Below are positions 10,418-19,964 of a stretch of DNA of 64,000 nt, piece after piece. How positions within the stretch are numbered: position 1 is the stretch's first letter; each line of letters opens with the position of its first letter. The notes under the pieces were generated by a model. That model was not told the origin of the DNA. It saw only the letters and a program-made list of their open reading frames with translations, and did not search any database. The stretch is from an uncultured Candidatus Saccharibacteria bacterium (lineage in GTDB: Bacteria; Patescibacteriota; Saccharimonadia; Saccharimonadales; 2-12-FULL-41-12). The translations under genes and the position numbers were made by a program. Location: assembly GCA_964648105.1 (NCBI GenBank), contig CAZYMH010000003.1, positions 22,164 through 86,163 of the forward strand, read 5' to 3'.

Positions 10418-11653
10418 TTAGTTACTTGAACGGAGTGACTCAATTGGGTCTTTTCGAGCTGCTTTGGTAGCAGGTATAACACCAAATACTACACCAACCA
10501 CAACCGACATCAAACCTGCCACTACTATCGGTTGCCAAGATAAAACTGGCTCTAGATTTGTAAATATTCTAATAGCTAAGTGCAGCAAAATCGATACGAT
10601 TACACCTAACAATGCCCCCCAAACCGATAAGATCAAAGCTTCAATCATAAACTGATTAGTGATTTGGCGGTTGGTTGCTCCAATCGCTTTACGAATTCCA
10701 ATTTCGCGGGTTCTTTCGGTGACCGAAACTAGCATAACATTCATAATTCCTATACCACTAACAATCAAGGTGATCGCCGCCATACCCAAGATCATACGCG
10801 ATAATGTATCGATCAATTCGCCACTTATTACACCTGCTTCATCTTGTTTAAGTACAGAAAAATCTTCTAATCCTGAGTGGTTTTGCTTGATTGATTCAGT
10901 TACTTGTTTGGCAACTGTATCAATTTTTGCAGGATTTTTGAGTTTGGCGATCACCTGAAAATACGGCATTTTAATATCTTTTAGAGGTGCAGCACCGCTT
11001 TCAGGAACATAAATAATATTATTGTAGTTTATGCCCGAGGCAAGGGGAGTGTCACGAAAAGGTGAGTATATTCCGCCAACAACGTACTGTTGATTTTTGA
11101 CAGTCAGACTTTTGCCAATTGGCACAGTTTCGTTAAATAATTTTTGGGCTACACCCGCACCAATTACAACATAACGTCCAGAGCCACTATCATCTGCGTT
11201 TGGGTAATTACCGAACTCAACTTTATGATCAATTACGTCACTTAATTTACCAGAATATGCGACAACTAATCCATCGTTAAAAACTTTTTTATCATAGGTT
11301 GGTAATGCACTTATTGTCGCAAATGATGTTACCCCCGATATTTCAGGATTTTTGCTGATTGTCTCGACATCTTGCGGCGTAACACTGGCGGAAGCGGTGC
11401 TAGCCAGTAAATTAAGACTAGTGATTTTGCCAGTAGAATCTCGGTTAACTAGCTTGCCTGGTCGGATAGTAATCGCACCATTCGCTAGTTCGGCCGACTG
11501 ATTGTTGACTTGTTTCTTTATACCTTCGCCTAAAGTTACAATCGTTACTACGCTGACCACCCCGATCACAATGCCTAAGATGGTAATCATACTTCTAAAA
11601 CGAGACTTCTTGACAGATGCCAAGCCGATTTTGATATGGTCCGAGAACATCAT
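10418..11653 (-). CDS. MacB/FtsX-family ABC transporter permease
   Basis: RSMITILGIVIGV, GIGIMNVMLVSVTERTREIGIRKAIGA, PATKAARKDPIESLR. Confidence 0.9.
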   Translation of the reverse strand: MMFSDHIKIGLASVKKSRFRSMITILGIVIGVVSVVTIVTLGEGIKKQVNNQSAELANGAITIRPGKLVNRDSTGKITSLNLLASTASASVTPQDVETISKNPEISGVTSFATISALPTYDKKVFNDGLVVAYSGKLSDVIDHKVEFGNYPNADDSGSGRYVVIGAGVAQKLFNETVPIGKSLTVKNQQYVVGGIYSPFRDTPLASGINYNNIIYVPESGAAPLKDIKMPYFQVIAKLKNPAKIDTVAKQVTESIKQNHSGLEDFSVLKQDEAGVISGELIDTLSRMILGMAAITLIVSGIGIMNVMLVSVTERTREIGIRKAIGATNRQITNQFMIEALILSVWGALLGVIVSILLHLAIRIFTNLEPVLSWQPIVVAGLMSVVVGVVFGVIPATKAARKDPIESLRSSN

Positions 11654-12543
11654 TTCTTTTTAGGCCTTCCGCGTTTCGGGCTAGTTTTTTTAGCTTTAGA
11701 ATTTTTACGTTTGGCATGTTTTTTGACTCGTCTGTATGGAATGTTATCGCCAGCTTTTGGTATCCCTTCGACCATAGCCGAGACAGCTTCAAGGTCAGCT
11801 TCTTCGTTGGTAATTGATTGGTACTGGACACTCTCGATGGCACTTTTGGCTACTTCACCTGGGCGATTATGCTCATCTTTGACGATACTGCCATCGATCA
11901 TATATAGAACTCTAGTAGCGTATCGAGTGAGTTCAGGATTGTGGGTGACCATCAAGATAGTATTGCCCATTTCATGGACTTCTTTGAGCAGCTCCATAAC
12001 TAACATCGACGAGCCTGTATCAAGATTGCCTGTTGGCTCGTCGGCAATCACGATGCCTGGCTCATTGATTAAGGCACGAGCGATAGCTACACGTTGAGCT
12101 TGGCCACCACTGAGTTGATTTGGCAGATAATAAGCTCGGCTCGATAAACCAACTCTCTCGAGCATACTATGAGCCATTTTTGTGCGTTTAGAGAAAATTT
12201 TGCCAGTATAGGCAAGTGGCAAAGCGACATTTTCTAGAGCAGTCAAGCCGCCTAACAAACTCGACGACTGAAACACAAAGCCGATTTTATCACGACGAAC
12301 TTTAGCCCTAGTGTTAGGCCGTAGTTTGCTGGCATTTCGACCATCTAATTTATAAGTTCCATGAGTCGGGTGATCTAGAAGGCCAATCACGTTCATCAGC
12401 GTAGTTTTACCCGAGCCACTCGGACCCATGACAGCTACAAATTCGCCTTTTTCCACACTTAAGCTAACTTCTTCGAGAGCTACAGTTGTAGCGTCACCGA
12501 ATCCGTATATTTTACTTACGTCTTCTATTTCTATGATTGCCAT
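11650..12543 (-). CDS. MacB/LolD-family ABC transporter ATP-binding protein
   Basis: Walker A GPSGSGKT, signature LSGGQAQRVAIARAL, Walker B ADEPTGNLD; basic C-terminal tail; ATGA overlap with permease. Confidence 0.92.
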   Translation of the reverse strand: MAIIEIEDVSKIYGFGDATTVALEEVSLSVEKGEFVAVMGPSGSGKTTLMNVIGLLDHPTHGTYKLDGRNASKLRPNTRAKVRRDKIGFVFQSSSLLGGLTALENVALPLAYTGKIFSKRTKMAHSMLERVGLSSRAYYLPNQLSGGQAQRVAIARALINEPGIVIADEPTGNLDTGSSMLVMELLKEVHEMGNTILMVTHNPELTRYATRVLYMIDGSIVKDEHNRPGEVAKSAIESVQYQSITNEEADLEAVSAMVEGIPKAGDNIPYRRVKKHAKRKNSKAKKTSPKRGRPKKK

Positions 12544-12681
12544 TGTTATACTTAGTTTATTATTCCTGAGAGGTGTTACGCAAGTGTATATGCTTATTAT
12601 ATGTTGCAGATTTTACAACTATATGTAAATTTTTAATTAGTTGATGATTTTAAATGAAGGTTTGTTAAACTACTTAGATAA

Positions 12682-12771
12682 GGAGAGGTGCAAGAGTGGT
12701 TGAATTGGAACGCCTGGAACGCGTTTGTGGCGGCAACGTCACCGAGGGTTCGAATCCCTCTCTCTCCGCCA
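12682..12771 (+). tRNA. tRNA-Ser(GGA)
   Basis: GGAGAGG/TCTCTCC acceptor stem, anticodon arm AACGC-CTGGAAC-GCGTT, long variable arm, GGTTCGAATCC T-arm, encoded CCA. Confidence 0.95.
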
Positions 12772-12810
12772 AACTAAGAATCCACCCCTTTGGGTGGGTT
12801 TTTAGTTTTG
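12772..12810 (+). terminator. Intrinsic terminator hairpin after tRNA-Ser (could also serve the convergent operon)
   Basis: AAACTAAGAATCCACCC / GGGTGGGTTTTTAGTTT inverted repeat with T-rich 3' arm. Confidence 0.7.
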
Positions 12811-12852
12811 GTGGAAAGGTTTTTAGCATGGTTTACAGGTTAATGTTCAAAA

Positions 12853-13569
12853 TTACTTGATCAGTAACTTCGCTCGATTAGGCAATTCTTTGATTAACTT
12901 GTCTAAACCGTCAATATTCTCTTGAGTAACTAACAATCTCGGTGCCAAAAATTGCCCATAGTCAAATGCAGAATCACAGCTGTAAAGGCGTCGATAACTA
13001 GTGTTAACAGCTTGATCTACAACATCTTTATTATAAAGTCCATAAGGCAAAACAAATGATAAATCCTGAAGCCCAGTAATTGCTCGTATGACATTTCCTG
13101 ATTCTATAAACTGAAACTTAATTTCTTGAACAGATAATACACTTTCCTTGCCATAAGACATATTATGGTAATCGCCATTTTTGGGTGATGGCTGCAAAGT
13201 ATCTTCTAAAAAAATTGCTAATGCTGCATGCGAGACTCCGTGCGAGCATATATTAAAACCTTGTTTTGAGAGTAAAATAATATCTTCTTTTGCTAGTTTA
13301 TTGGACCTACCTATGTGGTCAGTAATAATCGCCATGTAGATGTTATTGCTGCTAACTCCAAGGTTAATATTGTGCAGAACATCAAGCACAGACTTATAGC
13401 CATCGTCAAAAAATATGCGGTAAGAGTCAATGATTCCTTGTGAGCGTAATTTTTTCAATAATTTAATAATCTCTTCGACCTGCTGAAATGTCGTGTCATA
13501 AACTGTTTTCACATCCGACTTATTTGGAACAACGTCATGTAAGCATAAATTTAATATTTTAGCGTGCAT
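12853..13569 (-). CDS. Polysaccharide deacetylase (NodB/CE4-like) family protein
   Basis: LCLHDV, FFDDGYKS, ICSHGVSH, FVLPYG, PRL motifs. Confidence 0.8.
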   Translation of the reverse strand: MHAKILNLCLHDVVPNKSDVKTVYDTTFQQVEEIIKLLKKLRSQGIIDSYRIFFDDGYKSVLDVLHNINLGVSSNNIYMAIITDHIGRSNKLAKEDIILLSKQGFNICSHGVSHAALAIFLEDTLQPSPKNGDYHNMSYGKESVLSVQEIKFQFIESGNVIRAITGLQDLSFVLPYGLYNKDVVDQAVNTSYRRLYSCDSAFDYGQFLAPRLLVTQENIDGLDKLIKELPNRAKLLIK

Positions 13570-14197
13570 TAATGAACCTCTCGAGTTCTCTTTGTAGAGT
13601 AACGGGCTTATCTATTAGGACGCGTTCAAATCCGAGCTTTTTGTATTTACCACTCTTATCTGGAGAGTCATCTAAAAGTACAGCATCTCCATAATTCCAT
13701 CCTTTCTTTTTTAGGTAATCATCAAAAAACATTATCTTATCAGTCGGTAGTTCGTCGTCTTTTAGATGTCCTATTTCATATGAATTCAATATGTCATCGA
13801 ATAGTTCATCAAGCTTCATGGATGGAATGGTATATTGAGAAAATGTATCCATGTTATCTGTTGCTATTACTACTTGAATATCTTGCTTCTGGATTGTTTT
13901 AACAATTTCCTCTAAATTATTAATGCTATATTGCATAATTTCGCAACTATGTCGCAGTTCATGGATTATTATTTTGCTGTCAACACCTGTATCGCTACTC
14001 ATTATTCTAGCAATTTCAGCTACCGATAGCTGGCCTCTCATCCAATGATTAAGGTAATCCCGATTATCTACAAAAAGCCATTTTTCGATAGATGATAAGT
14101 GCATGTGATTTGGATGTGAGCTATCTTTTAAATGCTCCCAAAAAAGACTATTTGAAAGTGTTTTATTCCAATCGATGAAAATTACTTTTTTAGTCAT
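13559..14197 (-). CDS. HAD-superfamily hydrolase/phosphatase
   Basis: Motif I IFIDWNKTLS (DxN variant), motif II IATDN, K in GHLK, motif IV LLDDS. Confidence 0.75.
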   Translation of the reverse strand: MTKKVIFIDWNKTLSNSLFWEHLKDSSHPNHMHLSSIEKWLFVDNRDYLNHWMRGQLSVAEIARIMSSDTGVDSKIIIHELRHSCEIMQYSINNLEEIVKTIQKQDIQVVIATDNMDTFSQYTIPSMKLDELFDDILNSYEIGHLKDDELPTDKIMFFDDYLKKKGWNYGDAVLLDDSPDKSGKYKKLGFERVLIDKPVTLQRELERFINAR

Positions 14198-15141
14198 ATT
14201 TCTTCCTCTAAAAAGGTATTAAAATAATAATCATGTTTTCGCTTAAATATTTGATCTTTTTCGAGTTGAGGTATATTTACTACGCTGTCTTCAATATGTA
14301 TCCCACCTCCGATAAGGCAGGGGATGACAACATTTCCTCGTTCGGCAATCATTTTGGTAACTGCTGAGGTTTCGGTAAAGCCATAGCCTTTAAAACGTGA
14401 GTCAAACATTCCTACAGCATCAATTTCATCTTTGATAAGCGAAAAAACACCTCCAAGTACCATATTTGGCAACATCCATGCTTTATATTGACCACTCCAT
14501 GATCTGAAATTATTGGTTTCATCAACTAATCTTATGTGTTGACCAATATACAGTTTATCATCATCACATCCTATCCACTTTGCATCGTACACACAGTCTA
14601 CCCTAAAATCGTTGATACTAATGTTTTGGCTTGTTAAACGATTTTGTTTAAGCTTGGTCGATTTTGCATCAGAAAATTCAAAAAATCCTACACAAATCGC
14701 TTTTCTTGCTTGCCTGATTGCCTCAATATGTAATTTGACATGATTAACAATTAAATCTTCTTCAACTAATACATCACTATCTAGAAAAAAAATTATTTCG
14801 CCGTTTGCCGCTGATAATCCAGAATTTCTGGCCTCGGTACGTCCTAGATTTTTCTTATGTACAATTATACGAATTTCTTTCTGATTATTTATATAATTAA
14901 TCATCGGCTTCCGAGTCGAACCATCATCAACAACGATGATTTCGCAACTACTTGGGTACTTGCTGATAGCCCGTTTTAGGAAATATAGACATCGACCAAA
15001 ATTTTCGCCCGTTTCATAATAAGGTATAACTATCGATACTGACGGCAGTTTAATCATATTAATAGGTCGAGATAGTACATCATTTACATCAAAACCATAG
15101 TCATTTACGTGCCTTTCTAATAGTTCTCGTCGGGAGGTCAT
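14194..15141 (-). CDS. Glycosyltransferase family 2 (soluble)
   Basis: VSIVIPYY, IIVVDDGS, GRTEARNSG, FFLDSD, GMFDSRFKGYGFTE. Confidence 0.88.
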   Translation of the reverse strand: MTSRRELLERHVNDYGFDVNDVLSRPINMIKLPSVSIVIPYYETGENFGRCLYFLKRAISKYPSSCEIIVVDDGSTRKPMINYINNQKEIRIIVHKKNLGRTEARNSGLSAANGEIIFFLDSDVLVEEDLIVNHVKLHIEAIRQARKAICVGFFEFSDAKSTKLKQNRLTSQNISINDFRVDCVYDAKWIGCDDDKLYIGQHIRLVDETNNFRSWSGQYKAWMLPNMVLGGVFSLIKDEIDAVGMFDSRFKGYGFTETSAVTKMIAERGNVVIPCLIGGGIHIEDSVVNIPQLEKDQIFKRKHDYYFNTFLEEEI

Positions 15142-15149
15142 ACAATCAA

Positions 15150-15764
15150 TTATAGCCGTTCGGCAAATTTTATTAGTTCTTTGGCAAGCGTTTGGGGAAG
15201 CTTTTTATCAACCTCTAACATCGCACAAACACCATCACCAAGTAATGAAGCTGCATGTTCAACAGATTTTCTAGCAATATGCAGTTGTGTTGCAAACAAT
15301 GTCAGTTCGCCTACTGCCGTTAGCCCGCGTTTTTTAACCCTATTATCAAACTCGTCATTATCATTTATCCTTAATACCGCTATACCATCTGGCGAAGTTA
15401 TCTGTCCAGTCTCAGATAGTTGAATGATTCTTCTTGTAGCATAGTCACGAACTTCAGTGTGTACTTTTTCACTATCACTTGCATGAGCATGGAGTATTTT
15501 CATTTCTTCAAAAGTAATTAGCGAGACTACGGTCCTATCCTCGAAATTAATCTTATGAGGTTCAATCAGTTCACAACGTTGCCTCTCGCGATCAAGAAGC
15601 TCGTCAATGACAGACTTCAATCCTTTAACACTACCATCAGACTCTGGAAATGGCCCAAAAGTATCATATTCAGGAATCACCTTAAAACCCATCTCAAATA
15701 ATTGATTAGCGACTGTAGTTTTACCGACATAACTAGATCCTTCTATACCGATGAGTTTGCTCAT
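15150..15764 (-). CDS. P-loop nucleoside/nucleotide-monophosphate kinase-like protein (thymidylate/deoxynucleoside kinase fold)
   Basis: IGIEGSSYVGKTT Walker A, IPEY, EDR motif, RVKKRG lid. Confidence 0.7.
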   Translation of the reverse strand: MSKLIGIEGSSYVGKTTVANQLFEMGFKVIPEYDTFGPFPESDGSVKGLKSVIDELLDRERQRCELIEPHKINFEDRTVVSLITFEEMKILHAHASDSEKVHTEVRDYATRRIIQLSETGQITSPDGIAVLRINDNDEFDNRVKKRGLTAVGELTLFATQLHIARKSVEHAASLLGDGVCAMLEVDKKLPQTLAKELIKFAERL

Positions 15765-17101
15765 GTCGATTTAGTCTTTCGTTTTAAGGGTTTTGTGCCG
15801 CCAATACCAGCAACTATCCAACGATATATTGATACTACAGGGCCAACTGAGTGAGTCAGTACATAAGGTATACCAACAATTACTGAGATATATGAGTTGC
15901 TACCGCCATTTACTAAGGCTGATCTTTTGTATGTGACGAGCAGGGCTGGAATAATCCAATACAACGACAGGGCAACAATCCATAATAAGATATACTCTAG
16001 ACCCGCCAATATACTAGATACTAAACTACCCACCAAAACAAAGCTATGCATGAGCCATACTAGCAAACCACTATATGCTTGGATTGTGAGCCATAATACC
16101 TCAAATTTTGAAATGTATTTTCCTTGACGTACGAGACGTTCACTATAGTTTGCAAATTCGAAGAAAGGGTTAAACCAAGTAGATTTTTGTAGATAAACAT
16201 TGGCTATACGGTTAGGAGTTGAGGCAAGCTCCAAAGAGGGTATTGGAAATATTGATTCGCGTAAAGCACAAGCCTGCAACCCATAAGGTAGGTCTTCGTT
16301 CAATATATCTACAGATAATGGATGCGTAATATAGAAATTGCCAAGTACAAATAAACCATGTCCAATGCAATGGGCAATACGACTAAATCGTAGAGTGTCA
16401 GCAAAGTTATATCCTTGAAGTTTTTGTACTAAAGTCGATTGCTTTCGCAATTTTGGTATCTCATGTACAAGTGTCCATAATGTTTGATGTAATCCTGCAC
16501 CCTCGGCAAGCTTGCTGCTGCCCCGATATTGATAAAGTGCTGACTGCTGTAATATTGTCGGCCACTTACTATCAACACTTAGTTTTTTTGATGTAATCGA
16601 GTTTACCACTTTGAACAGATCGGAATTGACATGCGAATCAGCGTTATATATAACAAAATAAACCCCATTCTTCTTCAATTTATTTTGCAAACTTTCGGCA
16701 ACAAAGTTAACTTGATGAGCCATATAGCCATCTCTGCCAGGATAATGTAAACTATGGACTCTTTTACGGTCAGCCTTAGATAGGGATGCGATATAATCAT
16801 GTATAACTTCTTGGGTTGTCTGTTTACCTGGTGAGGATTTTTCTTTTGCCGATGTAACAATATAAATTGATATTAAGCTTGCTGGATATGACTGACAAAG
16901 GAACGTTTGGATAGTTTCAACGATAGTATTTTGTTCGTAGAGAGCAGGAATACATACTATAAATTCAGCTTTACTTGGAGAGGAGTTGGTATCTTGTCGA
17001 CTAAGCCATTTTAGACTGTCGATTAAATTATAAAGATTCATAACTGATCGAGTTATGATTACTGAACATAAAATTACTGACAAAATTACCCAGATATTCA
17101 T
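15761..17101 (-). CDS. Membrane-bound processive-type glycosyltransferase family 2
   Basis: N-terminal TM, IPALYEQ, YNADS (DxD variant), NED, QKSTW (QxxRW variant), C-terminal TMs. Confidence 0.75.
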   Translation of the reverse strand: MNIWVILSVILCSVIITRSVMNLYNLIDSLKWLSRQDTNSSPSKAEFIVCIPALYEQNTIVETIQTFLCQSYPASLISIYIVTSAKEKSSPGKQTTQEVIHDYIASLSKADRKRVHSLHYPGRDGYMAHQVNFVAESLQNKLKKNGVYFVIYNADSHVNSDLFKVVNSITSKKLSVDSKWPTILQQSALYQYRGSSKLAEGAGLHQTLWTLVHEIPKLRKQSTLVQKLQGYNFADTLRFSRIAHCIGHGLFVLGNFYITHPLSVDILNEDLPYGLQACALRESIFPIPSLELASTPNRIANVYLQKSTWFNPFFEFANYSERLVRQGKYISKFEVLWLTIQAYSGLLVWLMHSFVLVGSLVSSILAGLEYILLWIVALSLYWIIPALLVTYKRSALVNGGSNSYISVIVGIPYVLTHSVGPVVSIYRWIVAGIGGTKPLKRKTKST

Positions 17102-17280
17102 AGAATTATACTTATTTTAATCGCGTGTAAATAGGCCGCTGACATAAGTGATACTAAGGTAGTAATGCCAAAAAGCGATTCGTTAGAATTGTCACTGTTA
17201 ACCGAAAATACAAAAAGTCTCGACTGTTTAGCCAATCGTGACCTAATATGTTTGAATTCTAAATTATTAAGGCAACTCAT
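17098..17280 (-). CDS. Putative 60-aa leader ORF translationally coupled to the GT2 operon
   Basis: ATG 9 nt after extended -10 TGGTATAGT; its TGA overlaps the GT2 ATG (ATGA). Confidence 0.35.
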   Translation of the reverse strand: MSCLNNLEFKHIRSRLAKQSRLFVFSVNSDNSNESLFGITTLVSLMSAAYLHAIKISIIL

Positions 17281-17318
17281 AGTATCTATACTATACCATC
17301 TTATATGCTTTAAATCAA

Positions 17319-17432
17319 TGACATACACCTGTCAATAGCCTTAAATAATAAATAAGTTATGATTATTTAAATCATTTATTGTAACGGTGCAGTATGCTAA
17401 TAGACTTAATATAAACTGACAGTGGTGTGTCA
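17319..17432. promoter_or_regulatory. Two TGACA-N6-TGTCA palindromes (17319-17334, 17417-17432), candidate operators
   Basis: Direct reading: TGACA TACACC TGTCA and TGACA GTGGTG TGTCA upstream of the GT operon. Confidence 0.45.
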
Positions 17433-17435
17433 AAA

Positions 17436-18143
17436 TTAACTAATTGTGGTGCCGATGTCTTGGCGGTTACAAACTTTTAAGATGGCGTCTTCGTCCATTG
17501 GGTTAAAGACAATGACTTTCATGCCTTGTTCCATGGCCAGGCCAATCGCCGCTTTATCCATAACTTTAATATTCTCATCTTCGACGGCACGCTGAAAGCT
17601 AAGTTCATTAAACCTTTTTGCATCGGTGTGTTTATTAGGGTCTTTATCGTATACACCATCGACTTTAGTGGCTTTAAGAACAATCTGGCAATCCATCTGT
17701 AGGGCCAATGATACAGCGGCTGTATCGGTAGTTAAATATGGCTGGCCAGTTCCACCACCAACTACCACGACTCGGCCGTTTTCGAGGTGTTTATTGGCAA
17801 GCCTAAACACAAACGGTTCGGCTACTTGTTCGGCAAAAATGCTCGTTAAACACCTTGTACGCACATCATTTGCCTCAAAGATATCGGTTAGAGCAAGAGC
17901 ATTGATCATGGTCGCAAGCATGCCCATATGATCTCCTGTGACACGCTTAATACCGTGTCCTGCAATCTGGGCTCCTCGAACAAAATTACCACCACCAACC
18001 ATAATCACTACTTGAGTGCCAGACTCGGCGACTTTTTTGACTTCTTTGGCAAACCAAGCTGCTAGTTCGGCATCGATACCATTTTCATATTTTCCAGCGA
18101 GTTGTTCGCCAGAAAGCTTCAATAAAATTCGTTTGTACTTCAT
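17436..18143 (-). CDS. pyrH: Uridylate kinase
   Basis: RILLKLSGE, VGGGNFVRG, GDHMGMLATMIN, TTDTAA, KATKVDGVYDKDP, VMD. Confidence 0.97.
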   Translation of the reverse strand: MKYKRILLKLSGEQLAGKYENGIDAELAAWFAKEVKKVAESGTQVVIMVGGGNFVRGAQIAGHGIKRVTGDHMGMLATMINALALTDIFEANDVRTRCLTSIFAEQVAEPFVFRLANKHLENGRVVVVGGGTGQPYLTTDTAAVSLALQMDCQIVLKATKVDGVYDKDPNKHTDAKRFNELSFQRAVEDENIKVMDKAAIGLAMEQGMKVIVFNPMDEDAILKVCNRQDIGTTIS

Positions 18144-18193
18144 CTGAAATATTATTATAGCAGTCTGACGAGCGATATTATAAAATTAATATT

Positions 18194-18985
18194 ATGAAGA
18201 TTTATTCGTGGAATGTTAATGGGATTAGAGCGGTCTGGACCAAAGGCGAATTCCAGAAATTTATTAAGGCCCATAACCCAGATATTTTGTGCCTACAAGA
18301 GACCAAAGCCATGCAAGGTGACTCGCCAGTCGACATAGTCGGTTACGAAGAATATTGGAATTCGGCCCAAAAGAAAGGCTACTCTGGCACGGCAATTTTT
18401 ACCAAAATTAAACCCAATGCGATTATCAACGATATACCTGATGAAATAGCTAGCAAATATTCTCTCGATGATAAATACGGCAAAACCAACCAAGAAGGCA
18501 GAGTGCTTGCCGCCGAATTCGATGATTATTATTTGGTAACTGTTTATACCCCCAATTCGAAGGGTGATTTGAGTCGACTGAAACTAAGAGAACAGGCCTG
18601 GGATAAAGCTTTTTTGGAATATGTTGATATGTTACAAGCAACTAAGCCAGTGATTTTTTGTGGCGATTTAAATGTTGCTCACACCGAAGATGACTTAGCA
18701 AGACCCAAAGATAATGTTGGCAAGCATGGCTTTACCGATGAAGAAAGACAAGGCTTTGAGCGAATTTTGAACAAAGGATTTATCGATACTTTTCGGATGT
18801 TTGTAACTGGTAATGGACACTACAGCTGGTGGACTCATTGGGCCAATGCTCGGGCCCGAAATGTTGGCTGGCGGATAGATTATTTTTTGGTTAGTAAAAC
18901 TCTGAAAACTCGCGTAAAGAGTGCCAAAATACATATGAACCAAATGGGGTCAGATCATTGCCCGATTAGTATCGAAATAACTTAA
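18194..18985 (+). CDS. xth: Exodeoxyribonuclease III / AP endonuclease
   Basis: SWNVNGIRA, CLQETK, GYSG, YTPN, CGDLNVAH, GWRIDY, SDHCP. Confidence 0.95.
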   Translation: MKIYSWNVNGIRAVWTKGEFQKFIKAHNPDILCLQETKAMQGDSPVDIVGYEEYWNSAQKKGYSGTAIFTKIKPNAIINDIPDEIASKYSLDDKYGKTNQEGRVLAAEFDDYYLVTVYTPNSKGDLSRLKLREQAWDKAFLEYVDMLQATKPVIFCGDLNVAHTEDDLARPKDNVGKHGFTDEERQGFERILNKGFIDTFRMFVTGNGHYSWWTHWANARARNVGWRIDYFLVSKTLKTRVKSAKIHMNQMGSDHCPISIEIT

Positions 18986-19037
18986 AATTTATAAAATATG
19001 ATCTTATGACTTGACGTTTATGGTATAATATTAGAAT

Positions 19038-19937
19038 ATGATAACTCAAAAAACCGCCCCTGAAGTCTGTTTGTCTCGCCCTAATGAAGCAACCTACACA
19101 ACTAATCCTCATAAAATCGCTGCTATTAATGAGGTTATTTTAGGCATACACAATAATACTCACCGAGGACCAGTAAAATTATTCGAAATTTGTGGCGAAT
19201 CAGATTTTAGAGAAATCCAAAAAGTATCAAACGAAACTCCAGGAATCGATGTTGTAGGTATTTGGGACGAAAATAACATGCAAGGTAGCACCAATCAGCC
19301 GACTAACCAACTACCACAATCAACTGGGCAACCATATGCAACTTCAAAATTAATATCTCAAGAAGTTACGGGTGATGAATACTATACTGAAAGCGATTTT
19401 ATATTGGTTAATTTAGGTAAGCGTGGTCTCGAAAATTATTCGACAGATACTAATCCTTCTAAATTCCATTCACTGAAAAACCCTTATGCCATTAGACTGG
19501 GCAGACCGGCCACTAATGAAGCCATAGGCGATCATCTATCTCAAATACATGATATACATCAACAAACTAGAGCGGGTATGGTGATTGTTCCTTATGCAGC
19601 CACCCAAAGTGTAGGCGAAACTGAAGAAATTTTAGAGACTGTCAAAGACAGTAAATTACCACTATTAGTTATGGCTGAAGTCTCATATCCTGGGTTAGCT
19701 AAGTTCTCAGAATTTTTGAATGGGGCGGCAGAAATCACTCCAGCAACCATTACCAAATACCTAAGTTCATACGCTAAAATAGTTGGGCAAACAGGATTAA
19801 AACTATCTGGTATAAGATTAACTGGCGTATGTGGCTTTAGTGCCAGCGATAAACGACGAACTCGACCGCAAGATATGGCTAATGGCACTTTGCACGATGT
19901 TCTCATAAATTTTAATCACCTCTATAACCACCAATAA
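19038..19937 (+). CDS. Hypothetical protein; highly diverged class II DAHP-synthase-like TIM barrel (probably inactive)
   Basis: Collinear remnants of AroG class II motifs (see findings); catalytic motifs missing. Confidence 0.45.
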   Translation: MITQKTAPEVCLSRPNEATYTTNPHKIAAINEVILGIHNNTHRGPVKLFEICGESDFREIQKVSNETPGIDVVGIWDENNMQGSTNQPTNQLPQSTGQPYATSKLISQEVTGDEYYTESDFILVNLGKRGLENYSTDTNPSKFHSLKNPYAIRLGRPATNEAIGDHLSQIHDIHQQTRAGMVIVPYAATQSVGETEEILETVKDSKLPLLVMAEVSYPGLAKFSEFLNGAAEITPATITKYLSSYAKIVGQTGLKLSGIRLTGVCGFSASDKRRTRPQDMANGTLHDVLINFNHLYNHQ

Positions 19938-19964
19938 GCCTCGGCAAGTTGATATAATAAATCT

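Noticed and set aside
8090-12097. Long antisense ORFs (8090-8674, 11636-12097 and similar elsewhere)
   Set aside because: Shadow frames of well-supported genes on the opposite strand
12772-17435. GT cluster as an intact integrative element
   Set aside because: No integrase and no direct repeat of the tRNA-Ser 3' end at the distal boundary; islet status remains inference
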